Shown here: positions 21,774 through 31,919 of the stretch, piece after piece
Position numbering within the stretch: the stretch's first letter is position 1
Layout: every line of letters begins with the position of its first letter
Origin: Spirochaetia bacterium
Lineage (GTDB): Bacteria; Spirochaetota; Spirochaetia; UBA9216
DNA: 64,000 bases
Reading direction: 5' to 3'
Assembly (NCBI GenBank): GCA_963677925.2
Contig: CAXXYH010000003.1
Coordinates: 1,184,001-1,248,000 of the forward strand
Position numbers and translations under genes: made by a program
The notes under the pieces: generated by a model
The model's input: only the letters and a program-made list of their open reading frames with translations
Told to the model about the DNA's origin: nothing
Database searches by the model: none

Positions 21774-22703
21774 TTATTTTTTTAAATTTCGATGGACTGC
21801 AGCAGCAGTAATGGAATCTGTAACTAGTATATTTATCAGGTTTCCGCGTATAGCACCTGTGATAGCAGAAATTTTCTTTTCACCGCCGGCGATACCAATC
21901 CTGATAGGAATGTTTTTATAACTTTCCAAATCTATCGCAAATACCCGGCCGTTAAGATCACTCTGAATAACATTACCTTTATCATCAAAAAAGTGGGTAC
22001 ACACTTCACCAACTACATTTTTATCTTTTAAAGATTTTTTTTCCTGTTCCGACAGAAAATCTTCCTGTATGAACGAAGATTCCTCGGACATATCACCAAG
22101 GCCGACTACCGCAACAGTACAATTCTTCATTTTGTCATATACCTGAGCAAAAAAACTTTCTTTCAGCATTGAATCTCTGAGCTGCTTATTTTCGACAATA
22201 ATGGGAGCATACATAAAATATGGTGTTGCATCCAGGACTTCTGAAGACTGTCGTACGATGTCATCTGAATTTACATTTGACTCCCTGGCATTCAAACCGC
22301 CTACCAGTTGTGTAACAATCAGGTTCTTTTTATCAGATTTTTCTAAATTAGCTACAGCTGAAGAAAGGGCTCTGCCCCTGGAAAAACCAATAATATCATT
22401 ATCATTAATAATCCTGTCCAGATAAGCTGCAGCAGCAAGTCCGAGTGAGTTGTTTATGTCCTCGTCACAATTTAGAATTATTGCTTCGTTTAGACCCGAG
22501 CATGTCTCGAATTCAGTTTCATATTCAATATTTCGATCTTCAATATCCTGAATTACAATTTTAACAATACCTTTATCTAAACAATATTTTAATATCCGAT
22601 TAACTCTTTGTCTGGATGTCAGCATTTTCTTGGCAATTTCATTCTGAGTCATGCCTTTCCTGTAATAATAATGAGCAACCTTGATATATTCGTTAAGATT
22701 CAT
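21774..22703 (-). CDS. SorC/DeoR(Bs)/LsrR family sugar-phosphate-binding regulator
   Basis: AHYYY...MTQNEIAKKMLTSRQRVNRIL HTH, GFSRGRAL, QLVGG, AGGEKK, LVTD; start 22703 from RBS. Confidence 0.93.
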   Translation of the reverse strand: MNLNEYIKVAHYYYRKGMTQNEIAKKMLTSRQRVNRILKYCLDKGIVKIVIQDIEDRNIEYETEFETCSGLNEAIILNCDEDINNSLGLAAAAYLDRIINDNDIIGFSRGRALSSAVANLEKSDKKNLIVTQLVGGLNARESNVNSDDIVRQSSEVLDATPYFMYAPIIVENKQLRDSMLKESFFAQVYDKMKNCTVAVVGLGDMSEESSFIQEDFLSEQEKKSLKDKNVVGEVCTHFFDDKGNVIQSDLNGRVFAIDLESYKNIPIRIGIAGGEKKISAITGAIRGNLINILVTDSITAAAVHRNLKK

Positions 22704-22819
22704 AAATGTTCCTACCAGATTATACAATATCATTAATTTATTTTGTAAACTATATAAAATTATGTACTGTTGGGGAACGGAGTTGATGACGGTTCTTAAA
22801 TTATCAGCGCTATTGAATT

Positions 22820-22846
22820 TATAGGCTGATTTCTTACAGCCGATAA
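22820..22846 (+). promoter_or_regulatory. Putative sigma28 (FliA) promoter
   Basis: TATA-N15-GCCGATAA versus consensus TAAA-N15-GCCGATAA. Confidence 0.65.
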
Positions 22847-22925
22847 GAACTTCTTCAATGTATAAATTAACTTTCTCTGTACTTTCCGACTGTCTATGGA
22901 TAAATTTAATATAAGGAGGAACATT

Positions 22926-23069
22926 ATGGAAATTGAACCTGTAGATCCTTCGACACCACCGCCGGAAAAGCCTGCCGAACAGCCGCTCCCGCCTCCGGAA
23001 GAAACAACCCCGGAAGCAGAGGTTATCGAGGACGATAAACTCGGAGAAAACGTAGATCTGCTTTCATAA
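22926..23069 (+). CDS. 47-aa acidic Pro-rich small protein with YjfB-like C-terminus
   Basis: RBS AAGGAGGA; MEIEPVDPSTPPPEKPAEQPLPPPEETTPEAEVIEDDKLGENVDLLS; below the ORF-track cutoff. Confidence 0.7.
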   Translation: MEIEPVDPSTPPPEKPAEQPLPPPEETTPEAEVIEDDKLGENVDLLS

Positions 23070-23115
23070 TATCAATCAGCATCCTGAGCAGTAATATGAG
23101 TTGGAGATTCTTGAA

Positions 23116-23152
23116 CCACGGATATAGATGGTAGAGATATGTGGCCATACGG
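23116..23152 (+). repeat. 37-bp GxxExxY-associated repeat R1
   Basis: CCACGGATATAGATGGTAGAGATATGTGGCCATACGG; 30/37 identical to the reverse complement of R2. Confidence 0.85.
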
Positions 23153-23280
23153 ATAGACACGGACTGCGTTAAACCACATAGTCTGACTCAAACTAGCAAC
23201 CGTGAAGCGATAGAAGATAGATTAGATTTATAAGACGTCCTTGCCTCCAGAGAGCTTTTTAAGAAAAAAGGAGGCAGGTT

Positions 23281-23696
23281 ATGCTGTTGTATGAAGAATT
23301 ATCAAATAAAATTGTAGGGGCTTTTTTCAGGGTTCATAATGAACTGGGTCCGGGTTTGCTTGAATCATGCTATCATTATTGTTTTGCCTAAAGCAAAACA
23401 ATTAGAAGTTTTCAAAGAAAACTTCACATGCTCTTTACATTGAACTGAAAATCACCGGATTAAATGTTGTCTATAATGCCCCACTTAATGTGCATTACCG
23501 GGGTGAAGTTGTCGGTGAGTTTTTCTCAGACCTTGTGGTTAATAACAATATCATCATTGAAATCAAATCTGTTCAGGCGCTTTCATCTGCGCATGAAGCA
23601 CAGCTAATTAATTATTTACGCATAAGTAAGCTTAAGGTCGGTTATCTTGTTAATTTTCAGGGTTCAAGGGTTGTATTTAAGCGGTTTGTGGTTTGA
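23281..23696 (+). pseudogene. GxxExxY family PD-(D/E)XK protein, copy 1, interrupted by a 50-bp insertion
   Basis: MLLYEELSNKIVGAFFRVHNELGPGLLESCYH, insertion 23377-23426 with in-frame TAA, then HALYIEL...DLVVNNNIIIEIKSV...HEAQLINYL...GYLVNF; removing 50 bp restores the frame. Confidence 0.9.
23377..23426 (+). mobile_element. 50-bp twin-hairpin mini-element E1
   Basis: ATTGTTTTGC-CTAAA-GCAAAACAAT followed by GAAGTTTTC-AAA-GAAAACTTC. Confidence 0.75.
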
Positions 23697-23745
23697 TAAA
23701 CCGAAGTCAAAGATTAATAGTAATCGTGGTATAATCACGGTATAT

Positions 23746-24396
23746 ATGAAACGTTCAATTAAACATAGTAATATTCCGGAACAAGATTCGATGACTTCAA
23801 AGTTTTATGAAGAGAGGGCATCCATGCTAGCACTTGAGTATGCTGAAGCAGCCCCCGGTTTTACTGAAATCTTTAAAATACTCTTACCTGAAAATTCCGC
23901 AATACTCGATGCAGGCTGCGGGTCCGGGCGTGATCTTGCATCCCTTTCTGAATCCGGTTTTAACGTGACAGGGGCTGACTCTTCATCTGAGATGATAACA
24001 GCAGCAGAGAAGATGTATCCGCAACTCAAAGGCAGACTTAAACAGGCAGTATTACCTCTTCTTACCGGCATAACCGGCAGGTTCGACGGGATTCTATGCT
24101 CCGGAGTTCTTCAGCACATCCAAGATAAATATATACATGAGTGCTTCAGCACATTCAGCAGATTTCTACTACCCGGCGGGATATGTCTTGTAAGTTTTCC
24201 CGTCACCTACCCGGACATCCATCCCCATACAAAGCGTGATATAAATGGAAGGTTATTTATTATCCGCACGGGGGAACATTACAAAGAGTTCGCATCCGTA
24301 TACGGATTGATACTCAAAGAGCAGATTTTCAATCAGGATTCACTCGGGCGACCGGGAACCAGCTGGGGGTTGCATGTTTATCAAAAGAAGGGATAG
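23746..24396 (+). CDS. Class I SAM-dependent methyltransferase (start 23746 or 23791)
   Basis: ILDAGCGSGRD, VTGADSS, FDGILCSGVLQH, LLPGG; no DNA-MTase DPPY/PC motif. Confidence 0.88.
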   Translation: MKRSIKHSNIPEQDSMTSKFYEERASMLALEYAEAAPGFTEIFKILLPENSAILDAGCGSGRDLASLSESGFNVTGADSSSEMITAAEKMYPQLKGRLKQAVLPLLTGITGRFDGILCSGVLQHIQDKYIHECFSTFSRFLLPGGICLVSFPVTYPDIHPHTKRDINGRLFIIRTGEHYKEFASVYGLILKEQIFNQDSLGRPGTSWGLHVYQKKG

Positions 24397-24399
24397 AAA

Positions 24400-25500
24400 A
24401 TGAAGTTTGAAGATAGAATCATACTTCCGGAATCAGATCTTTCGATTTCAAAGCTGGTTCAGGCTTTATCCCCTCAATATCTTACAGCAAGCTATAAGCT
24501 GTACTGGCTGCTTGGCATTCTCGACATCATCAAAGACTTTCCATCAGAAAGATCCATAAATATTGAATTTGATGATGTAATTAGAAGAATGATAGCACTC
24601 AGCTGGTACACAATACTTGAATACAGGCTTAATTTCGGAGCATCAGACACACTGGAAAAGGCTGTGCATTATATAGAAAGCAACACTGAACTTAACAGAA
24701 ATAGCTGTAAAAAAGAAATAGTAGAACTTCTTGAAAACTCTGCTGATTCAAAAATAATTGAAATTATACACAGCTTCAGCAAATATGTGCCCTACCGGTT
24801 TCTCACAACCTTCATCCCTAAACTGAACGGCATTCCGGATCATAAAAGAAATTCTGTAATTGAAGAAGCCTCAAAAACCACTCCTGATATTCCTTATGCA
24901 ATTTCAGGTAAAACATGTGTAATGGATCTTAAATGGCTTGAATACCTATATCTGAATAATTCAATAATTAAGGGCTGGGTCCAATACAAACTTGTTTCTT
25001 TTCTTCAGGCTAGAAATCCCAATGTTCCGGCAATAACAGAAAAGTTTGAAGCGCCTCATCAAAGAAACCTTGAAGCAGCACGGAAATACTGGACTGAGTA
25101 TATTTCCTTTAATGATTCAAGAGATATTTTCAGTCATCAGCCAATGAGGGCAACTGAAATAAGCATAGATCATTTTGTACCCTGGAGCTTTGTACTACAT
25201 GACAGAATCTGGAACCTCGCACCCACAAGCCGTGAATTAAACTCCAGTAAAAGCAATCATCTACCTATGTGGGAAAAATATTTCAAGTCATTTGCGGAAC
25301 TGCAGTTCAGGGCATTCAAATGGCATAGTAATAAAACCCCTTCCTCAAAAGTATTGGAAGATTTCATCTTAATAAAACCAGGTATAGCAGGCACTGATAT
25401 AAGCAGAGAATCATTTTTCAGTATTCTGGAAAACACTCTTCAACCGGCTTATCGTATAGCTGCCAATCAAGGTTTTAGTGTTTGGGAAAATAAAGGTTAG
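24400..25500 (+). CDS. HNH endonuclease with N-terminal putative DNA-recognition domain
   Basis: TASYKLYWLLGIL N-terminus; SIDHFVPWSFV...IWNL...LNSSKSNHLP HNH motif. Confidence 0.88.
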   Translation: MKFEDRIILPESDLSISKLVQALSPQYLTASYKLYWLLGILDIIKDFPSERSINIEFDDVIRRMIALSWYTILEYRLNFGASDTLEKAVHYIESNTELNRNSCKKEIVELLENSADSKIIEIIHSFSKYVPYRFLTTFIPKLNGIPDHKRNSVIEEASKTTPDIPYAISGKTCVMDLKWLEYLYLNNSIIKGWVQYKLVSFLQARNPNVPAITEKFEAPHQRNLEAARKYWTEYISFNDSRDIFSHQPMRATEISIDHFVPWSFVLHDRIWNLAPTSRELNSSKSNHLPMWEKYFKSFAELQFRAFKWHSNKTPSSKVLEDFILIKPGIAGTDISRESFFSILENTLQPAYRIAANQGFSVWENKG

Positions 25501-25523
25501 CATTATTAAATATATTTATCTTA

Positions 25524-28268
25524 TCATTTACAGATTTCTTTTAATTTACTAACAAGCTTTTCTCTTTCACCACTTTCATTAGTTTTAAATCTTAGTATAG
25601 GTATACCATATATATCTAAAATTCTATCTTTCATTCTATCGCGCTCAGCCTGCCTAGACCCCTTTTTATGAAACTTATACCCATCCACCTCAATAGCGAG
25701 TATAGATTTTTTGCTAATTTTATTGTAAAGCAAGAAATCAAGATGAGTTGAACTATGCATAGCATAATTTTTTTCTTCACTACTTAAGGGCATAGTATCC
25801 CGAATCAACATATTTAATTGCTGATGGCAAATAACATCACAATTTAAATAGTTATTTTCGTTTATTACATCCAAAATTAATGAATACATTAAATTTTCAG
25901 AATCATATTCTGATATTCTTTTTTTATTTTTCAAGTAACTAATACGTTTTTTAGTATATTGCTGATATAAAAGATCAAAAACTGAATAAATAGTACTTTC
26001 ATTCATGCTTAGGTTATTATATTCAATATAGCCTATCAAATCATTTATATTGCTATCTGAAGACAGTTTGTTTCCTGAAGTAACAACACATAGATTCTTT
26101 TTAGCTCTAGAGATCGCAACATTCAATAAGTATGGATTATCAGAAAAATCCGTTACCTTATCATCTACAGAACTGATTATGATAGAATCTTTTTCTCTAC
26201 CCTGGAATTTATGCACAGTCGCAATATCTATCTTAATATCTGAAAAACTTTGTTTTAATGCAGAGACTTGACTTCTGTAAGGGGCTATTATACCTATATC
26301 TTTATTCGGATAATTATTATACGGTAGAATTTCATGCTTAATAACGTCTATTTGTCGTTGATTCATTAAGCCTCTTTGGTGATTTCCAATTACAGTTTTA
26401 TAAACTGAAACCACATTCTCTTCATCATTATCTTTTGTCATTATTAATAACTTTCCATCATAAAATTTTTGATTACAAAAGTTAATTATTTTAGGATGGC
26501 ATCTGTAATGTTCTCGAAGAAGCGTCTCTGGAATATCTGTTATAATTTCACATACAGACTTCAAGAAGCTATTTTCTATAAAATTATAACCAGAGTTTAT
26601 ATTAAAACTATTAAAAATTGAAGAAAGTTTTGATTTTTCACTTTCAGATATTACATTTGGAAGCTGTTTCAAATCGCCAACAATAACAGCATTTTGTGCA
26701 CAGGATAAAGCTAAAGCACCTGTCGCAATATCAACCTGCGAAGCTTCATCCATTATTAGATAATCATATTCTGCACTTGAAGATAAACTACTCCTCGAAG
26801 AGTAGGTGGTACTTAAAACAATTGGGTATTCGTTAATAAAACTCTTTGGATATTTCCATAGGTCCTCCACAGAAAACCTTTTTCTTTGGGATTTCTTTCC
26901 ATACTTTTCAAATAAAAGAGATCTAAGATATTTCATAGACATCTCTGTTAACTCTTTTAATAGTTTTTTTTCATTCCGCATTTCAAGCGCTTTCTTATAT
27001 TTATAGATACTTAAATTAAGTTCATTAATCTTATTTGTATAGAAAAGGAACTGCAGTAGTCTCGAAATTTTATTTATACCATTCTTATAAAATTTCCAAT
27101 TCGCAATTCCATAAATGTAACAACATCTAATTTTAAAATAAAAAGATGGAGATCTACCTTTTTCTGAATACTTTTCACATTTATGTAGTAATTCAAATAA
27201 AATCTGACTATCAAGAGGTATCTTTACCTTTGTTTCATTTAAAATGGTTCCAGATTCTTTTAAAAATCTTTTAAAATGAGAAAATTCTAAATTTACGTCT
27301 GATAACTTTTGACTATCATAAGCAAGTAACTCATTGAGATGAAAAATTTCATTTAGTTCAGTTGAGCTTTTATGAATTTCCTTAATAAGTTCTCCTCCTC
27401 GAGCCGATTCCAAACCCCAGTCTTTTATCACTGTTGGATATTCACCAGTCTGCCTATTTATGAACTGTGTTTTATTATTTGAATTTCCGAGAGGAGCTAC
27501 AAGAAAATCTAAAAGATATTCAGGAGAAGACAGTTTATCTAAGATATTTTCTATAGCAGAGTTATTATTTGATACAACTTGTACTGTTTTTTCTGAAATT
27601 AGTAGGTTTGCTATTATATTTAAAATCGTTTGTGTTTTTCCAGTACCAGGTGGTCCTTGAATCACACTTATCTGAGAAGATAACGCATTTGTTACTGCTT
27701 TAAATTGACTAGCATTACACCCAAAAGGGAAAATGGGTATATTAAATTTTAGTTTTTTTATTAAAAATTTTTCCGGATTTAAATAAATATTTAATACTTT
27801 GTTTTTTTCTATTGTCTTTATTTTTTCATAATGCTTGGAAAGAATTTTTGTGCCATCTTCAGCTCTAAGACTTACTAAATCTGATATTCTAGTAAGATAA
27901 TTAAGTACACAACTTTGCTTTTCATCATTTAAAATATTTTTAATTATTGAAATATCTTCACCATGGAAATCTACAAAATGCTTATTCTTAAAATAAATAT
28001 GATAATAGGAGAACTGCTTTCCATCGTTAAAGACATACACTGCTTCAATATCTTTAAGTTCCTTACCAAAGTGTTTAAATTGGTAGTTATCTGGATTTAA
28101 AATAATAGGATTCCTAAGCCAATTCACATGTTCTGCTCTATATGTATAAGCTTTACCCTCCTTAAATTTTATTATAAATTTTGATTTTTCTGGAAGATAA
28201 TTACAAAATAAGACTTCTGGTGTAACTATTCTTCCCTTTGCTATAATCATATTTTGTCTTAAATCCAT
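25524..28268 (-). CDS. Upf1/Dna2-like SF1 helicase with C-terminal DUF2726 (Vsr-like) nuclease domain
   Basis: QGPPGTGKT, DEASQ, VGDLKQLP, HYRCHPKII, IIAPYRSQ, TVHKFQGREKD, NVAISRAK; HLDFLL...IEVDG...H...RDRMKD...GIPILRF. Confidence 0.9.
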   Translation of the reverse strand: MDLRQNMIIAKGRIVTPEVLFCNYLPEKSKFIIKFKEGKAYTYRAEHVNWLRNPIILNPDNYQFKHFGKELKDIEAVYVFNDGKQFSYYHIYFKNKHFVDFHGEDISIIKNILNDEKQSCVLNYLTRISDLVSLRAEDGTKILSKHYEKIKTIEKNKVLNIYLNPEKFLIKKLKFNIPIFPFGCNASQFKAVTNALSSQISVIQGPPGTGKTQTILNIIANLLISEKTVQVVSNNNSAIENILDKLSSPEYLLDFLVAPLGNSNNKTQFINRQTGEYPTVIKDWGLESARGGELIKEIHKSSTELNEIFHLNELLAYDSQKLSDVNLEFSHFKRFLKESGTILNETKVKIPLDSQILFELLHKCEKYSEKGRSPSFYFKIRCCYIYGIANWKFYKNGINKISRLLQFLFYTNKINELNLSIYKYKKALEMRNEKKLLKELTEMSMKYLRSLLFEKYGKKSQRKRFSVEDLWKYPKSFINEYPIVLSTTYSSRSSLSSSAEYDYLIMDEASQVDIATGALALSCAQNAVIVGDLKQLPNVISESEKSKLSSIFNSFNINSGYNFIENSFLKSVCEIITDIPETLLREHYRCHPKIINFCNQKFYDGKLLIMTKDNDEENVVSVYKTVIGNHQRGLMNQRQIDVIKHEILPYNNYPNKDIGIIAPYRSQVSALKQSFSDIKIDIATVHKFQGREKDSIIISSVDDKVTDFSDNPYLLNVAISRAKKNLCVVTSGNKLSSDSNINDLIGYIEYNNLSMNESTIYSVFDLLYQQYTKKRISYLKNKKRISEYDSENLMYSLILDVINENNYLNCDVICHQQLNMLIRDTMPLSSEEKNYAMHSSTHLDFLLYNKISKKSILAIEVDGYKFHKKGSRQAERDRMKDRILDIYGIPILRFKTNESGEREKLVSKLKEICK

Positions 28269-28278
28269 CGTACTTCTT

Positions 28279-31200
28279 CTAACCAACACCTAATTTGACA
28301 GAATCTTTCCAAAGCACAGGCGGAAGTGGATGCTCTAAGCGCCAGGTTATGCTCATCGGTTGACTACCGTAATAGGAATCGAAATTTACTAACCCTAGAT
28401 TAATAAACCCCATAGCTCGACCATATTCATCCTCAGATTGCTCTCGAACAAAAAGGACTATCTTTTTCCCATTTTTACTTTGTTCAATATATGATAAGCC
28501 CTTGCCCTTTTCAGGCCTAGCGGAGTTCTGAGTCTGCCAATGAAATAGAACATCATTGATTGCGTAATCATGGTACAGAGTTGTAGGTGAAAATTTCTTC
28601 TCTGTCTTTTGCAAAGTTACAAAAAGCAGCTCGCAATTAAGAGATTTAATTTCAACAGAACCTTCTCGACTGCTTGATTTTTTACTGAAAGAATTTTCAC
28701 CAAAAGCCGCAAGAATTTCATCTCTTGTATACCTTGAATGGAGTTTTATTGCTATTGGAAATCCCAGATCAAGAGGCATTTCATAAACTTCAAGTTTATC
28801 CAGAATATTATCTATTACATCTACACATTCGTTTCGAAGGAGCTCATCTCTTCTTATAGCTGATAGCGATTCCTTTAAATTTCTCATTCCAATAAGTGCT
28901 CCAGGTTTCTGCCAAAAATCATAATGGACCATCATAGCCATTTGATTCTCTTCTTCTGATGATGTATCTCAGTGCCCAGTCATGAAAAAATCTTTGAGAA
29001 AAAGGAGGTATGAAACCGAGGTGCTTTGTAATAACCTTTTAGACAATCCTTTAAATATGGCTTGTTCAATTTCACGATCTAAGAGATCAGAAGAAAGTCC
29101 TGCTTCAATACAAAGCCTATTCCAACCCCCTCCACCATCAATTTTGATTTTATAAATATCTTCTATGGAAACTTGAGGATTGTGTATGAGAAAATTTCGA
29201 AGTGATAATTCAACTGAAGAATGTTGATTATATACCTGTATCCAAGAAATCAGCTTGTTACGATTTACAATCGCATTTTTTATATTCCGAAGAATGATTT
29301 CTTTAGCCTGTTTTTGTAACAATATTGAACATCCCAACGGTAGATGGGGAAAATTGTCTTCAATTTCATCAGTTATTGAATAATGTGATTTCCCAACAAG
29401 TGCCCGGAATTTTTGTGAAAAATCATATTCAGCATGAGCATTCCCAACAAAATCAAGAACGGTTAATGAATCCTTTCCTTGTGATAAACGCAAACCTCTA
29501 CCTAATTGTTGAAGAAATATTGTAAGACTTTCAGTTGGTCGCAAAAACAATACGGTGTCTATCTCTGGAATATCTACTCCTTCATTAAAAATATCTACGA
29601 CACAGAGAATATTTATTTCTCCCTTTGCCAACTGATCACGAAGCCTCACCCTTTCATCAGAATTATTACTTGTTAGTACGGAAGCTCTTATACCCTTCAA
29701 CAAGAATTTTTCAGCCATATATTTTGCATGTTCTTGTGTAACACAAAAGGCTAATGCTTTGATTCGATTAATATCATCAATTAAATCAAACATTGTTCTT
29801 ATTATATGACCAACTCGTTGATCATTAGCCATATAAATCCCCGTTAACTCCGAAGGCAGATAACGTCCCTTTACCCACGCCACATTGGACAAATCCACAG
29901 TATCATCAATTCCGAAATACTGAAAAGGACATAAATACCCATGATTGATAGCTTCTGGTAAACGAAGCTCAGCAGCAATTACATTACAGAAATCTGACCT
30001 TATATCAGTGCCATCATTTCGTTCAGGCGTTGCTGTTAAACCAAGTAAAATTTTGGGCTTAAAGAAATTGATAATATTACGATAGCTATCAGCTGCAATA
30101 TGATGAACCTCATCTACAATTATATAATCATAAAAATCAGGCTCAATTTCTAAGTGATCAATTTTACTACTCAACATTTGTACGGAGACAAATAAATGAC
30201 GATAATGCTCTGGTTTAGAATTTCCGACCCAGAGCTCACCAAATTGATGTGAACGCAGTATCATCTGAAAAGTAAAAAGGGATTGTCTTAGGATTTCCTC
30301 TCTGTGCGCTATAAATAATAATTTGGTTGCTGGATTTTCTTTATATATAGATCTGAAATCGAAAGCTGAAATAACGGTTTTGCCAGTACCAGTGGCAGCA
30401 ACTACCAAATTTCTGTATCTGTTGTGAACTGTTCTTTCAACCAATAATCTCTGTAAAATTTCTTTCTGATAAGCATGTGGTTCAATATCAAAAAAATGCT
30501 GTTGGTTCTCAAAGTCATTATTAGATTTTTTTTCATTTTTAAGCGCCTTCATTAGACGCTCTTTATCATTTATATCTTTTACATTGTAAATCTCAAAATC
30601 GCTTGAAGCCCAATAAGTTTCAAAAGTGGATTTGAATTTTTCAATTATGTGAGGAATTTCCTGGGTTGTTATCTTTAAATTCCATTCTAGCCCACTTGTT
30701 AAGGCTGCATGAGAAAGATTAGACGAACCAATATAACCAGTATGATAACCTGACTTCCTTCGAAATAGATAAGCTTTTGCATGCAAACGCTCTCTTTCTG
30801 TATTATAACTTAAGCGTATTTCTGTATTAGGTAATGCTGATAAAAAATCGACAGCTTTCTGGTCAGTTGCCCCCATATACGAAGTGGTAATAATTTTTAA
30901 TTTTGTTCCTTTACTAGTTGCCTCTTTAAGAGTATCAATAAATATTCGGATTCCTGTCCATTTAATAAAAGATACCAACCACCAAATTTCATCCGAAGAT
31001 AAAATTTCCCGTCTTAGCTCTGATTCTAAAGATAATCCAACATTACTACCAGTAAATAACTCGCTTTGAACTAAACCTGTCTTGGGTGTTATCTTTTCAA
31101 GATATTTTTTAAAATCTGCTGCTATCGGATTTTTAATTTCTAATAAACCTGAAAGTATATCGCCAGTAGTCACTAAAATATTTTCTGATATTTCAACATT

Positions 31201-31449
31201 TTTCAAATAGTCAGAAAGCCATCTTATTATCGAATTTGATAATTCAAGTTGATTCAAGAGTCTGTCATCGTTATTTGGAAATAATTCAAGCGCAGTATGG
31301 ATAACTTTTGATAAAAATCTGGTTAAATATTCAGAGGCTTCCGCACGATCAAGAACTTTTTTTTCAATATAATATTGCTCATTGCTATTATTTAAACGTT
31401 CTTGAAGTAATTCCGTAATTAGCTTTTCATAGATACCTGATTTTAACAA
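28279..31449 (-). pseudogene. PLD nuclease - SF2 helicase - DUF3427 protein split by one in-frame TGA at 28969-28971
   Basis: HAKAY/GSSNLS (PLD), ATGTGKT, DEVHH, TATPER, QQLGRGLR; ORFs 28969..31449 and 28279..28941 share a frame with 9 sense codons between; DUF3427 YHDYAIN...FHWQTQN...LFVRE. Confidence 0.85.
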
Positions 31450-31550
31450 TTTTTGATCCTTTATAAATTACTTCTAAAACATTATCGATTGTTCTATTTT
31501 ATCTTTAAATTCGAGTGGAATACAGAAAAAGATATAATTTTATTATATTT

Positions 31551-31919
31551 TCACACTACAAACCGTTTCCACACAGCCTTTTCACCCATAAAATTAACCA
31601 GATAACCCAGCCTGCAGCCTGAAATATGCAGATAATTAAGCAGTTGTGCTTCATGAATTGAAGCAAGCGATTTCACTGCCTTTATTTCTATTAAAATCTT
31701 ATTTTCAACAACCAAATCTGCATAATACTCACCAACCTGATGCCCCTGTAACTGACATTAAACGGAGCATTGTAACAAACCGATAGCCCCTGGGATTTTA
31801 GTTCAAAGTACAATGCATTATGGTAACAGCTTTCAAGCAGCCCCGGCCCCAGTTCATTGGGCACACTTATACATGCACCCACAATTTTATTTGATAATTC
31901 TTTTATAGAGTTTCTTCAC
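31551..31919 (-). pseudogene. GxxExxY family protein, copy 2, with two frameshifts
   Basis: ELSNKIVGAC...ELGPGLLESCYHNAL; extra A near 31900, missing G near 31745; continues HQVGEYYADLVVENKILIEIKAV...HEAQLLNYL...WKRFVV stop. Confidence 0.88.

Noticed and set aside
19741-22703. AI-2 (lsr) operon because of LsrR- and LsrF-like genes
   Set aside because: No LsrK, LsrG or LsrACDB; the transporter is APC-type and the only kinase is RibF-like.
17314-22800. FMN riboswitch or riboflavin biosynthesis operon
   Set aside because: No RFN-element motifs seen in the intergenic regions and no ribD/E/A/H genes.
23746-25500. Type II restriction-modification pair
   Set aside because: The methyltransferase lacks DPPY/NPPY/SPPY or PC motifs and looks like a small-molecule class I enzyme.
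28969-28971. Selenocysteine or recoded TGA in the DUF3427 helicase
   Set aside because: Linker position with no redox motif, no evident SECIS hairpin downstream, and TGA is used as a normal stop elsewhere in the window.
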